From: the human T2T-CHM13v2.0 reference genome, Homo sapiens
DNA: 64,000 nt
NCBI RefSeq assembly: GCF_009914755.1
Contig: NC_060929.1
Direction: 5' to 3' (one strand)
A model generated the notes under the pieces. The model saw only the letters and a list, made by a program, of their open reading frames with translations. It was not told the DNA's origin and did not search any database. Every line of letters begins with the position of its first letter. The first letter of the stretch is position 1. The translations under genes were made by a program, and so were the position numbers. This document shows, in pieces, positions 23,216 to 37,430 of this stretch.

Positions 23216-24561
23216 TAAATTTTGAACTCTGAATGCTGAGTCTAAAATTAATTATTGGACTTTATTATGAGTGGCACAAAGCACTGTGGAAAAGTCCATG
23301 GAAGCTTTTATGATTTCAGTGCTTCACGTTTATAGCCCTTACTACTCAATGAAAACTATATAAACACACACATTCTATTTATGGCTTAACTGGGTATTAA
23401 GTAAGCTATAATTGAATGCTTCACAGGTGCATTCAAAAGTCAAACTTTAATGAAAATATTTTTAATGATAATTCTTCATATGTATTACTATGATCTCTAT
23501 TGAGGACTATTGTGTGTTAACAAACTCCTTATCAATGCTATCTGCAATTTCACTTCTGAATTTCATTTCATAATTCAAATACCAAATTATTTTGCCCTAT
23601 AATAGCCTGATTATCATGTTAAAACAAAGCAAGTAAAAGCAGTGGTGGGATGTATGAAAATCAAAATAAATTAAACTGGTATTTTTCTTTTGTTATTTTT
23701 TATGTTTGAACATCTCAGGAGATACACTATATTTGGAATTTGTTGCTGTTCTCCTTCCCAACATCATCTCAGATGAAGAGTAAGTAGAAATAATACAGGG
23801 AGACATTTATCAAGGCTTGCTGCTTTGCTCACATAGGCCTTCTCTCTATAGAGTAGCCGTTGAAGCGCCACTCCCCTTTTGCTTGCTGTGCACTAGAAAA
23901 ATCTCTCTCCTTCATGGAATTCTGAACATCAAACTAGGGTTTAGGCTTTAGCAGTGGCGAGGATTAGTTCAGCCTCCAATATGTCTCATCTGCATTCATA
24001 TCACAAATCTAAACAGCAGCAACAACAACAACAAATCAGGACAGCTTAGAAAAAAGCATCTCCAGAAATTCTCCAACATGAGGAAATGTTCTCACTAAAT
24101 CATTTTCTCCCACATCTTTGCTACAGTTACTCAACATATATTTATTGGGGTTTTTCTTTGTCAAACCCTTTTCCAAATCTGCCACCCTCCTTGACTTTAT
24201 GACCAGCAGAGATCTGTCTTCCTGCCTATGTGACTGATTTTCTCAGGTAGCAGCTCTGATTTCCTCTTGTTCTTCGAATCAAGTGAATTCCACCTCTTTT
24301 GTTTTTAACTCTTCTCATTTTGCCAAGGAAACATACATATATTTCCACTATCTACTCCATAAACCAGCATCAGATATTTGTGGAGCATTAGCACTTTATC
24401 AACCTTTTACATGTTTTTCTTCTTTCCTACCCCAGCTGTTTCAGCAACTGTATCACCAGCCCTAGCCCTTTAAAGACAAAATTGCATTTTAATCTGCCTG
24501 GTACCACCAGTGGCTGGCATAGTTCCTGAAATGGATGCAAGGCTTAACACATGGTCCTTGG

Positions 24562-24871
<310 letters not shown>

Positions 24872-26216
24872 TCATGGTCCTTGAATGAATGAGTAGAATG
24901 CAGGAGTGAGTGAATGAATCAATATTCCTTAGCATTTAGTCTATACCAGGCAATGTGCTGGTACAGGTTAGGAAGATGGACGTGGCCCATATACTCAGTG
25001 AATTTACAATCTAACAATTTTTTGTGACCTTGTCACCCATAGTTTGACAAGTATTTTGATGTTAAGTTGTTTTATTATAATGCTGTGATGAACATATTAC
25101 TAAAAAATGTTTTTCTACACTAATAATTTGGAATACATTTTCGGTTATAGATTAATGGATGAAAAAGTACAAACACTTTAAGGTTTAACTATTTACTAGC
25201 TCCTCCACTTTTCATGTATTAATAAAATAAGGATTTCTAACTAGTGGCAGATTCTTGTATATGTCTTTAGCCAGAGGAAAAAAATAATTCTGAAAGGAAA
25301 TTTTATAGTTGCATATATTTTAGTTCTGATCTAGTCATTGTTTCTGATTTTTTCTAGTTATCCTTCATTATTTATTTTTGAAACCGTCTAAAGAAACTCA
25401 TGAATAACCTGATGAAAATGATGATTTGATTAATAATCTCATGCAGAAGATATTTGCATAGAAATCACAAAGCTACTTCTTACACCCGTGTATCTTCAAT
25501 TTTCTACTTATCCACTGGCTGAAAACAAAATGACAGTGCTGTCTGTCACATATGCAGTCCTTTTCTTCTTGCCTGGTAATAATCTAGAAAGATGATGGCA
25601 TTTGACTTTTAAAAGGAAAAAGGCCCAATCTGAGCATTGTGCTATATTTTCTTTGTGAAGAATTTGATGTAATATCCTCCCTCATCTGCGGCTCTCTGTG
25701 ACTCTGTGCTCTTTATAAATCAGTGTTTGAAAATAAAACACACAGTCTAGAATGAAGAGACTGTTAATTAAATTTGAATGTCAGAACGAAAACTTTATAA
25801 ACAACTATTGAGGTTTGATCTTTTAATATCCGAATCTAAATAGAAATACTTAGTGAGGTTTGCTTTATACATTTAACTGAGCCTTGCATTCAGTACTAAA
25901 TATGTAAAGTAGCAGCAATTTAATATTCTGCTTTTTTCCCTCCTCAATCTAAAAATTTATTGTTAATAATACAAAAGATAAAAGCCTTGTGGATTCAACC
26001 CATCATCTTTATAATGCCCTACACTTGTTAGAACATTATTGAAAGTTCATATTGAGAGTGGAGGAGTTTCAAAAATATCATAATGTGCCTCACTAATGCA
26101 TAAGATAATATTTCGACAAAATTTTCCCGTCTAATGTTCACATCCTGCAGTGAAACCTAGAGTTTAATATTCATTTACCATTTCTGTGGCCCTACTTAAT
26201 TAAGTGGAAAAAATCT

Positions 26217-26765
26217 ATGTCATATAGGACACCTCTGACTTCACGTATCAGAAAACACCAATATACTGGCTTAAACATAGAGAAAATTAATTATCCTTTA
26301 TACCAAGAAGACACACAACTCTGGGAATGGTGGTTCAGGAGCAAATAATATAGGCAAGAAACCTATCTTTTTAATCTTTATTTCAACTCCCTTGACAATT
26401 GCTAAGTCATTGCCCCTGTTATAGATATCTCATGCAGACTCCAAAGTCTCCAAAGGAGCAGTAGTCAATTCTTTCTTGTGTGTGTTTTTTAAGGCTTATT
26501 AAATATTTTTCAGAAGCCATCCAGCAGGCTTCCCTTATATTCTAATTGGCCAACATTGTGTCTACCACCTATACCTAAAGTTGTTAGAAATAGAAGGGAA
26601 CTACAATACGTAGTTACAATCCATGGTTTCCCCTGGTCCAGGAAAGCCATCACTCATCCATGGATTACATAGTGCATGGGGGTGAACCTAGAATATAATC
26701 AGGACTCTCCTACCAATGAGTTATGAGGGTTCAGCTTTAGGTAGGCAGGCAAGTATTACCTCAAC
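26217..26765. mobile_element. Old MaLR LTR (MLT1M/N/O-like)
   Basis: 'actggcttaaaca' and 'cagaagccatccagcaggcttcccttatattctaattggcca'. Confidence 0.55.
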
Positions 26766-29094
26766 AATTAAACTAGATTCTGTCCCTAAAATATTTTACA
26801 GTGTAGTGTGGGGAACTAATGAAACAGTAAAAGATTGTAACCATTACCACAATGCATACCACTAATAGAAGTGTATAGGGAAAGCTACTGGGGCTCTCAC
26901 TGAAGAAGGGGCATGTAATTTTAGATTAAGGGGAGCAGTCAGAGATAGTACAGCTGAGGAGAAGATTAGAGGACAGATATTATTTCTACCTGATTATAAA
27001 TGAATGCTGTTTGGGCAATATGTCATAATTTTCTTCAGTGCATTAAGTTTTGACAAAATTGTGTAAGGTATCTTAAAGATTTTTGTTATTGCTTCAGTTA
27101 CAAGTAAAATATCATTGTTATATACTTTTCTTGGGATATATATTTACAAGTAAGATGAAATATAAATCTTCATTATATTGTTAGACTTAATTTTTTCAGA
27201 CCTAGTGAGTTTGATTGACCAGAGTGATAATGACAATAATGATAGATAATCATAGTGTTACAGATAGATGTGATGGCATTTTTGGTTTGATTGTGTGTAA
27301 TGTCAGATAAATTGTAGAAAATATTTTACTCTAAGGTTTGTATTGGTATACTAAACATCATTAAAGTATTACACAATAAATTAACTTCATCAAGGTAATT
27401 GTCAATTATACTGTCACATAAATAGCAGAAAACAGGTTGTCTTTTTCCATTTTTCTGTTATAATCGCAAAAGGACAGAGAGATATGAGATTCTGGACTTG
27501 TTGCTGATGGGAAGATTTTTATGCTCATTAAATCCATTTTTGAATAGTACGATGATTTGTGACATATTGCATAGCAACCAAAGAAGCCAGTTGTCTGATG
27601 AAATGCATATGTCCAATTCTAGGTAAAACTAGAAAAATAGCATGGCAGCTCTAAGAGAAAAACTTTAATTTAAATTTTCTATTTGTAGAAATGTTCAAAT
27701 AAAATAGATTACTGACACAGATATTATGACCCTTGTCTTTGGCACATCTTAGACTCAGTTAAGTTTGTTTTTAAAAAATTATTTTATCTTGATCTTACAT
27801 ATGAATTTATGTTAGGTGAGAATGACATGTGTTATATCTAATTGATTTGAAATCCCAGAAAATTGTATAACATTTATCTAAAATAAAATATTTACCAAAT
27901 TTGTTCTTAATTTGGAAGAAGTCATGGCACATACTGCCCCCAAATTAAAGAACCTTCTATAAACCCCTGCACATAGTGGAAGGTTTTATCAGTTACTTAG
28001 GCCCAAAGTGGAGCACACATTTATTGTATAGTCTATATTATTTTATTGATATTTCATTTTGTCAACTGGTGGCAAGAGTGAAGTAATTATTCATAGCCAT
28101 AAGAATAATAGTCTTGCTTCCTCTCTCCTGACTTGCTAAATGGGACGTCAGTCTCTGTGAATGTGGCACACCAAACTCAGGATTCAGCATGTTCTCTACC
28201 TTAATGTCCCTACTTATTTCACCTTTTCTTCCTTCCTTTTTCATTTTCATCATTCTTCTTTTTGAATTTTTATTCTGCCATTTTTCCACCAAAATTAAGG
28301 TTTATTAAATTTCCTTTTGACCCATTACCATCTTCTTCATCTTTTCCAAGTGAAAATATATGCATCTTTCTTCTACATATAAAAAAGTGAAGTCCTCCCA
28401 ACCCTCTCACATGCTTTAATTCTTGAAATGTCAGAGAATATTAGTTCTTACCCCAAGACACATCAGAATTGTTCTAACATTCACATAACTGGTCTCAATA
28501 TCTGCCAATTTTTTTCTGGCTTTATCAATTTATAGTATAATTATTTTTGGGTGGATAGTTGGAATCCACTCTCATTTCTCTTTCCTACTTTTTGATGAGG
28601 AGATTATAAAACTTGAAATTTGGAAAATAAATATGTTTCCTGAATAGTTGATTCAAAATAACAGAAAATTCTGCATTATGCAAAATTTTATTATATTTGT
28701 ATGTGTGTTCTATATTTAAGGCAAATGTTTTCTCAAAGTGTGTCTTGAACAGTTTTATGATGGATTTATATTTTTCCCATTTCATAGTTTTACTTAAATG
28801 AACTGTAAGTGTCCTTTTTGGGGTAAAAAGATGGAATATTCAAATACCCTATCCTTCAGATTTCATCAGTATGAAAAAGGATTCTCTCGTATCTCAGAGA
28901 ACTATGGTAATCTTTCAATGGTAATTAATGCATTATCTCATTCCATCATTTCATCATTTATCTCACCATTTACCGAAAAAGGTTATATTGATGACCATCA
29001 TCATATGGAAACTTTTAAACATCATAATTTCTTGTCCAAATTACACATGTAAGTGTATGCTCCATAAATAGTTGTTCAATAAAATGTATGGAAT

Positions 29095-30250
29095 TCATTT
29101 ATTCATTCATCCATTTATTAAATAAGACTTTATTCAGTGACTATTATTTACTACAGATTTTTCTAAGAACATAGAGATGTATCAGTGAACAAAACAGAGA
29201 TTCCTGCTCTTGTTGAAGCTCATCTTAGGGGGAAACATAATCAATTACATAATAAACATTAAATAATTACATTATGGGGCATGTTGTAAGGTGATAAATT
29301 CCATAGAAAAATATGTATAGATCAAGGTGAGATGATCTAGAATGACAGGTTAGGAAGAAGGGGCATATAATTTGCAATTTCAAATAGCGGTATCATGTTT
29401 GACCTAAGTGAGGAGATAGTATTTTCAAGCTAGAACTTGGCAGCAGATGAGAGACTAAGCGATGCAATTATATGCATTATGAACTTTGGAGTCAGAGAGA
29501 AAAGCAAATGTGGAATCCCTAAAGAGGCAACACCCTTGAGTGAGAAAGAACAGGGAGGTCAGTGTGCCAAATTGTTGTGAGCAAGTAGTGGAAGGAAGCC
29601 ATGTTATATGGGACTTTCAAAGCCATTGTAAAGTTTCTGGGTTTTATAAAGAAAACTAATGTGAACTGCCTTACATTTTAAAATTATTGTTCTTGCTTCC
29701 ATGTTGAGAATATACTATAAAGAGGAAGAGTTCAAGATGGAACAGCAGTTAAGTGGCTATTATAGTAATTCAGACAAAAAAACTGGTGCTTGCACCAGAT
29801 AGCCCCATTGGAAGTTATAAAATCTATAAAATACTAATAGTATTCTTTTTTATTATTATTATACTTGGATACATATGGGATACATGTGCAGAACATGCAG
29901 GTTTGTTACAAGGTATACACATGCTTTGCTGCACCCATTAAGCTGTCATCTACATGAGGTATTTCTCCTAATGCTATCCTTCCCCTAGCCCCCTACCTGC
30001 CAACAGGCCCTGGTTTGTGGTGTTCCCCTCCCTGTTTCCATGTGTTCTCATTGTTGGACTCCCACTTACGAGTGAGAGAATGTGGTTTGGTTTTCTGTTC
30101 CTGTGTTAGTTTGCTGAGAATGATGGTTTCAGGCTTCATCCATGTCCCTGCAAAGGATATGAACTCATCCTCTTTTATGGCTGCATAGTATTCCGTCTGT
30201 TAGTATTCTTATAGAGCCAAGATTTCCTAGGTTGTGAGAGAAAAAGAAAA
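29095..30250 (-). mobile_element. L2 fragment interrupted by an L1PA
   Basis: (ATTC)n L2 tail, then 'cagtgaacaaaacagagattcctgctctt' and further L2-like sequence. Confidence 0.65.
29848..30195 (-). mobile_element. L1PA (PA7-like) 3' end
   Basis: L1PA 3' UTR; TSD TAGTATTCTT at 29838-29847 and 30201-30210. Confidence 0.88.
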
Positions 30251-30644
30251 GACTCTGATACTATCGTTCTGTATATCTCAGGGTTAAGCATTCTCTTTAA
30301 GAACAATACAGGAATCTAAATATGGGGTAAGGTCCTGGCAAGATATATTATGTTAAACTTTAATGTAATAAATTATAGGATTTATAGAGTCAACAGCCAC
30401 AGTAACTGTGGTTCACATTTATTGAATGTATAGTAAGGTCCAGGTTTTGTAGAAAATGCTCTTACAGACATTATATCTTTCAGTGATTTACAATATCTGA
30501 GGGTTCTAGTATTTTTCTATCTCAAGCCAATGGAAAATCCCAATGTAAAAAAATATGAAATCACTAAAATCCTGGTAAAAGAACTAATGAACAGTCCTGA
30601 TATCTCAATTACCTTGGAAGCTCAAATTTTCACTAACCTGAGCA

Positions 30645-30800
30645 GTGTATCAAGATGGTGAAGATTATGAACTCTAGAGCAGACTGTTTCATTACCATAG
30701 TTGTCTCTACCACATACTGCTGTGAGAACTTGAATAAGTTACTTAATCGTTCTTTCTCTAAGCTTTTGTTATCTGTAAATTATGGGTAGCAATAGCACCT
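30645..30800 (+). mobile_element. MIR fragment
   Basis: 'tactgctgtgagaacttgaataagttacttaatc...atctgtaaat'. Confidence 0.6.
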
Positions 30801-32236
30801 GGAGTTGGAATTTTCTTTCTCTGCAGATCTGTAGATATACAGACAGACATATATATAATATATATATTCTGAAAGTATCTATCTCTATATTTACATCTAT
30901 ACTCTCCATATATTTTAAGAATTATATATATAATAAGCTATAAACTTTTACTAAGTTTTACTGATGTTTTAACAAATATTAAAATTTTTTAATGCAGTGA
31001 TATCAAAGTAAAAAATTGGATACAATTTAATAATCTATATAAATCATATTTTGAGTTGTCACATTCGCTTTTGTAGCAATACCATCATTGTAGTTCATTC
31101 TATAAGAATTTTACAGAATTATATCTAAGGATATGTGATCTAAAGTAATTTGTAATTATTAATAAAATGGTTGATTTTACACAGGACTAAGAAGAATTGA
31201 TTACATGATAGTGGCTAGCATTATGCTTCATACCTGGTATGTATTTGGTACTCAATTTATATGTTTTCTGAGTAACCTCATTGCAATTTCAATTGTGCTT
31301 TTATAAAACGTAAAACCACATTCATTTCTATGCATCTTATCAGTAATTTCAGCACGGAAAAAAGAAAATTCTTATGCTGTCTATGAGAAATAGTTTTCCT
31401 AAGTAAATTAATAATTTAAAAAAGCATAATTACAAAAATTTAATGACTTTAACCATATAATTAGCATACAAGCAATGTGCTGATGTCAAATAACATTGTA
31501 TATATTCAGTAAAGCAAATGTGCTGGTACTTGTATTTGACAATACAAGTCATTTATATTAATATTTGTGCCAGACAGAAATAAGACTCTTGATTTTCACA
31601 AAGCCTGAACTTCACACTGTTTATAATTTACTCAAGCATTTATTGCAATTACTCCAGACTAGTAAATTTCCTGTGCTTTTGAATTGCCTGACATTCCAGG
31701 CCATGTACTTCTTGTTCATTTATTTTGTCCCTATGCATTACATATTTATTTAGTTAGGACTTTTTCTTGGTATTATGCTATTATTTGTAAATATTCAAAA
31801 TACTTTATCTTCCAAAGTGGAATTATTTGAGGCTATTAATTTTATTTTATTCTTAAGGTTTTGCATTAATATGAAGTGGTTTTTAATTTTATGATTATCA
31901 AATAAGAAAATGAAAAAATACAGACAATTATGGCATTAAAAAAAAAACACAAAACTACCCATAATCTTAAAAAGTGGGTGACCTCTGTTTGCAATATTTT
32001 CTTCCAGTCTTTGAATATGTTTTTCAGGGTTGACATCCTAAGCATATGGCTTTCTCAAACTTTTATTAGCTTTTCCAACTGGCTATTAATTGCAAATTAA
32101 CTTCAGACACTCTTTCTTAGGTTCTCTTCCCTGCAAATTTACTTTCTCCTAAAACCCTACTGGGAATTGCATGAAATTTATTAATTAATTTGGGAATAAT
32201 TAACTTATTTTCACTATATTTAGTCTTTCCACAGAA

Positions 32237-32485
32237 TTGTGATTAAGAACGCAGGACCTGCAGCCACAGACCAAGCGTTCAAATTCTAACTCTACCACTT
32301 GCTGTGCCTATAATGATTAATAAGTTGCTTCTCCTCTCTCTATTTTAGATTCCTCATCTGTAAACTGGGGATGAGGATTGCATCTATTCCTAAGGGTTGC
32401 TGAGAAAATTAAATGTGTTTATTCAGATAAGCACTTAGAATAGTGCCTGGAACATTGTGAATTCGCAATAAATATTAGCTACTGA
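32237..32485 (+). mobile_element. Near full-length MIR
   Basis: Head, core 'ttcctcatctgtaaactggggat' and tail 'agcacttagaatagtgcctgg...caataaatattagct'. Confidence 0.8.
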
Positions 32486-32739
32486 TTTTACATGATTTTA
32501 TATTACGATTTTCAGAGACTGATTAAATCACTCATTACATTTATGTTCATATAGATTCCATGAATCATGATAATTTTTTGTTTTGCCTGTTTAACTCTTT
32601 GACATTCTTCAGACCTAAACTTACCTGTCACAATGTCACTCCTTCAGGGGACCTTTCAGATATCTCCCCTACCTGCACATCTATTATGCTCTTTTAATAT
32701 CCCGGACTTTCCTAGCACAACGTCTCAGGGCATAATTAA

Positions 32740-33200
32740 ATTTCCATGTAACTCATTTATTGTTTCATCAAATACATAGGAAGAGTCTACCACATACCAG
32801 GCATTCTTCTAAGCTTTAATGACTAATAAACTGAGTTCAAGCCTTAATGGTATCTGTATTCTGGTGGAGGACATATGAAAATTAAAAAAAATATATATAG
32901 TATAATTTCAGTAGCAATAAATATTTTGAAGACAAACATTTGAAACATGACAGGTGAACATGTCATCCTTTTATCTTGAAAAAGATTATTAGAGAGAAGA
33001 TAATTGAAAAGATAACTGAATAAAATAAGAAAACAAGACATGGTGCTATCTGGAGGAAGAGTATTTCCACCAAAGGCAGCATTGTATAAAGGTGCTGAAG
33101 TGAGAGCCAACTGGGCCTTTTGGCCAGTTATGAGGCTTGGAGGCTGAAGCAGAGTGATGAACTAGGAGTAGATAAGAGTTATATCATGACAAGATCAGGA
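32740..33200 (-). mobile_element. L2 fragment
   Basis: 'catttattgtttcatcaaatac...ctaccacataccaggcatt' and 'tatctggaggaagagtatttcca'. Confidence 0.55.
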
Positions 33201-33337
33201 CTATATGATTAACTTAAGTCTCATATTCAGGACTCTGAACTCCTTGTGGTTGTAAATTTGATGTTGTTTTTTTTTTTTTTTTTCCATATTCAAGACTTAA
33301 CCCAGAATCTGACACACAGCGCATCTTCAGTTAAATA

Positions 33338-33632
33338 GGCCAGGTGTAGTGGCTCACGTTTGTAATCCCAGTGCTTTGCGAGTCCAAGGCAGGAGGAACA
33401 CTTAAGGCCAGGAGTTTGAGACCAGGCTGGGAAACATAGTAAGACCTCCATCTCCGCACAAAATTAAAACACACACACACCCACACTCACACATGTCAGG
33501 CATGGTGTCATGTGCCTTTAACCCTAGATGCTTGGAAAACTGAGGCAGAAGGATTGCTTGAGCCCAGGATTTTTAAGTTAAAGTGAGCTATAATCATACT
33601 ATTGCATTCCAGCCTGAGTGACAGAGGAAAAA
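33338..33632 (+). mobile_element. AluJ with (CA)n in the linker
   Basis: J-type 'aggccaggagtttgagaccag...aacatagtaagacc' and 'ggattgcttgagcccagg'. Confidence 0.85.
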
Positions 33633-36600
33633 TATTCTTACTGTGGAATTTTCAGGCTGTAGTTCTCAACTGTTTATACACCTTTCCCTACTGTAATGTG
33701 ATAGCCTTGAGTGCAGAAATTATCTTACTCTTCTGAGAGCTTAGGGTCCTAAAAAATAAAATACTGGGTAAAATTGATTTTCAATAAATTTTTCTTAAAT
33801 GAATTAATGAATGAGTGAATGAATACTATAGTGAGAAGGCAGAAGAACCCCTGCCATCTAAGGAAGGAAATTAATAGATTCCACTTGCAGCATATTATTA
33901 ATCCATCCTCTCTGAGACTCCAGAGCTGTGGGTGACGTAGTCATGCCAATGTTTTGGAAAGGTCTCGGGAAAGAGGGGAGATTATTATGCTAAACACTTG
34001 CCTTGTACTTGGCACTAAGGTTGTTCATTTTATGCCATTAAAAGTATTTTTTACACAGTTCAGTACTGAATATAGTGAATAAGAGAATTCCATAGACTGC
34101 ATGTGATTTTGGTAGTTGCTGATAACGCTTTACATTGAAAATATAAGGAAAGTTGGGATGTAAATAGTTCTTTTCTACTAAACAAAGAAAAGGCAGAGCA
34201 AAGATTATATCCTTTGGATTCAAACAGCAGTAGTAATTATCTGTGGATGTCAAGAAATCACAATTGCCCTTTTCCTCTGTAAGCCTTCTGTGGCAGTGCA
34301 GCTGTGGGTAAACATTAAGACTGACAGTTTAAAGGTCATCCAGGGAGGGAATATGGAGACAGTAACGTCTGCACAACTTTCCTCAATACCCCATAGTATT
34401 TTGATTTTTTTAAAATACAGATATTTAAGAATCATATATTAACAAATTTCAAACTGTTCTCTTCTGGCTCCTGACAAACAGAAATGGCATGCAGATGGGA
34501 AAAGGCAGCTGTCGTCATCATAACTTACTATTTTGATTCTTACAAATTTTAATGTTTCTTAGTTTAGTATGTTTAATAGCTCATGGTTTAATATGATTTG
34601 ATAGTTAATAATGCCTTGAACAAAATAGACAACAAAGGAGTACTTGCTTTTGGTTTTACTCATTTGGAATGTAGGATAATTGACAGGTCATATCTATTGC
34701 CTCTTCTGACTGACATGTCCACTCTTGATGGTGAGAAAACATTCAGGGTCAACTTGTCATAGAAATGGGCTGAATTCAGGGCTGTATATACTTAGAAGGC
34801 CTGTTTGAGTATCTCCATGGCAAACTGCCTTGTTCTTCTACCCGCCTATGTAGTAGCATTGTTACTATAGTTTAGAAGAGTAGCAAAATGTTTTTCTGGT
34901 TTTCTACATTTGTCTTCTAAAATATTTATTCATATTAAATGGATCAGCTGCTCATCAACCCAGTGAAATCCCCTTTCAGCCCCAGAACATCACTGAAGCT
35001 TTCTTTCAAGCCAATGGCATCCAGTTAATCACCAGTTGATCATCCACTGAATGATCAACTTTCTGTCCCGAAATTTTCTCCTTCCTTGATTTCTAAGACT
35101 TCACTCACTGGTATTTTCTTTTACTTTTTTCTCTTTTTTGTGTCTCAAGTTTTGTTTTTTCTTTATGCCAAGTATATCTGCTGCTCCAAGATTCTGTACT
35201 TGTCTCCCTTTGCCTTACATGTTGCATACTTTTCTGGGATAATCCTTTCTGGTTTTATGGCTTCAAGTCCACTTACAAGCTGAGGACTCCCCAGTTGGTG
35301 TCTTCCGAAGAATCTGCTCTTCCAAGTTTCTAATCTGTATGGTCACCTGCCTAATCTGTATGTTCACATAACTCCATATGGGTATCCTGAAGGCAATGTG
35401 AACCCAATGTGTCTAAGACAGAATTCAGGCTCCTCCCCACAAACCTGTGCTGTTCTTTTCTTTGCAACCTTTCACAGACATCACCCAGCAGATACCCATT
35501 TTAGAAAGCCAGGAGAATATTGTTTAAACACTTGGAAAAATTTCTTTATCTGTGAAATGAGAATAATATTTGTCTTGAAGAATTACTTTGCAGATATGCA
35601 ATGGATTTAACAAACAATGTGGTTTTGAAACTCTTTATTGTTGCCTGTGTAATGTATACAATTAAGACTGTAGATATTTATGTTAAATATCTAACATATT
35701 TTGATATATTCTAACATAGATATGTTAGATATCTAAACATGTAACATATTCATGTTAAAATATGAAAATATAGAAAATAAGAAAGTTTACTAGTAGAGCT
35801 TCCTATAAGTTCATTTTTTAAATCATTAAGAAAACTTTTAAATACATAAAATGCTTGAACATTCTTACAGATTAGACAAATGTGTTAATAATAGAAGAAA
35901 CCCTGAATGTAATCTAAATATTCAAAAATAAGATTAAGTTATCTATAGAATATCTATTCAACAACATATTAGGCAGCTATTGAAAGTAGGGGCAGTGTTT
36001 GTGATATAATATCACATGAAAAAATTATTATATAGAATTACATATATTGTTTGATTAAATTATACATAAAGTAAATTTCAAAATACAGCTTGTAAGTATC
36101 TGTGGAAGCTGAGATTAATTTTTTAAGTAGTATTTACTGTAATTTGTTTTTATAATTTAGAAAACAAAATCAAATTGCTGAAGCAAGAGTTTCTGATCTC
36201 AAAAAAATCCCAAATAATTATAAGCATTAAGACATACTACAATAGTTTGATATAGTAACAGTAAAAAGTTTATTTTTTCAAAAATAACCTTTTTTTTTTT
36301 TTTACACAGGATCCTGGAAGGATGTTTCATATTAAACATGAGACACAAAGACAACAAATTATTTTTTCTCTGTTTTCTATTAAGGAGAGAATTCTTAAAG
36401 TTATTAAATTTTGATGACATAATTATGAAGTGATGTTAAGGGTATTTTCTCCATTGATGGCAATTATACCTGTCCAGATCATACTAAATTCCCATATGGT
36501 ATCCTAATTTTAGCAATGAATATAAGGGGGTGATTTGGAATCAAATATGAACTTGAGCTTTCTAGTTTTGTTTTCTCTTGGGAATTTATGTTGGTATTTT

Positions 36601-37229
36601 CAAGAAGAGAATTTATTCAGACTCTACAGCGAAATGCTTCATCTGTCTGTCAAGCTGGATGGCGTGCTTTTCTGCATCTGGGCAGGAGTAACCTGCAGTC
36701 CAGGCACTCAAGTGCCTAATTTTTGGCATTGTTTACTCTACTTATTCTTATAGCAGCCACATATTACTTTGAAATCATATGTCGGTGATTATGTTTGAAG
36801 CCTGCATCTATTATTTGAGAATCTTACTGCAAGGCTATATGCATTTTCAAAGTAAATAAATGAAGATTTAATTTGGTGCTTATATAGCACAGAATACCTT
36901 AAATACCATTTGTTCAGTATATCATTTATGCTTTCCCCTACCTTCCCTAAGCCATTTTATTCTAACAGATGCTGCAGGAGACTGTTCCTTCCTTCTGCTG
37001 AAACCAGTGGGGTTCTGATAGCATATTTTTGCTGATTCACTGCTCATGATTAAATCCTTTGAATTCTAAAGTGTTACATTGTAAAACTTCCTCTAAGCTT
37101 CACAAAATTTAGTAGAATCCATCTAGGCAGGACAAATGTGAACATGTGAATTGACTTAAGGAAGGACTCAATATTTTTTTTATAGCTAAACAAAGCCAGT
37201 AGTATCATAAACATGGATGGTTTCTAAAA

Positions 37230-37430
37230 TCAGAGATTTCCAGATTTATATTCAGATTCATGCTCTCCAGCTGTGTGGCCATAGGTAAATTCGTGTCTCT
37301 CTGAGCCCACGTCTTCTTACCTACTAAAGTGGCAGAACAATACTTATTTCTTAATATAATTTTGAGAGTTAAAATGAAGAGTTGTATGAAAACATCTAGC
37401 CTTGTGATTGACAACTAAAAGATGCTCACT
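37230..37430 (+). mobile_element. MIR fragment
   Basis: 'cagctgtgtggccataggtaaattcgtgtctctctgagcc'. Confidence 0.55.
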
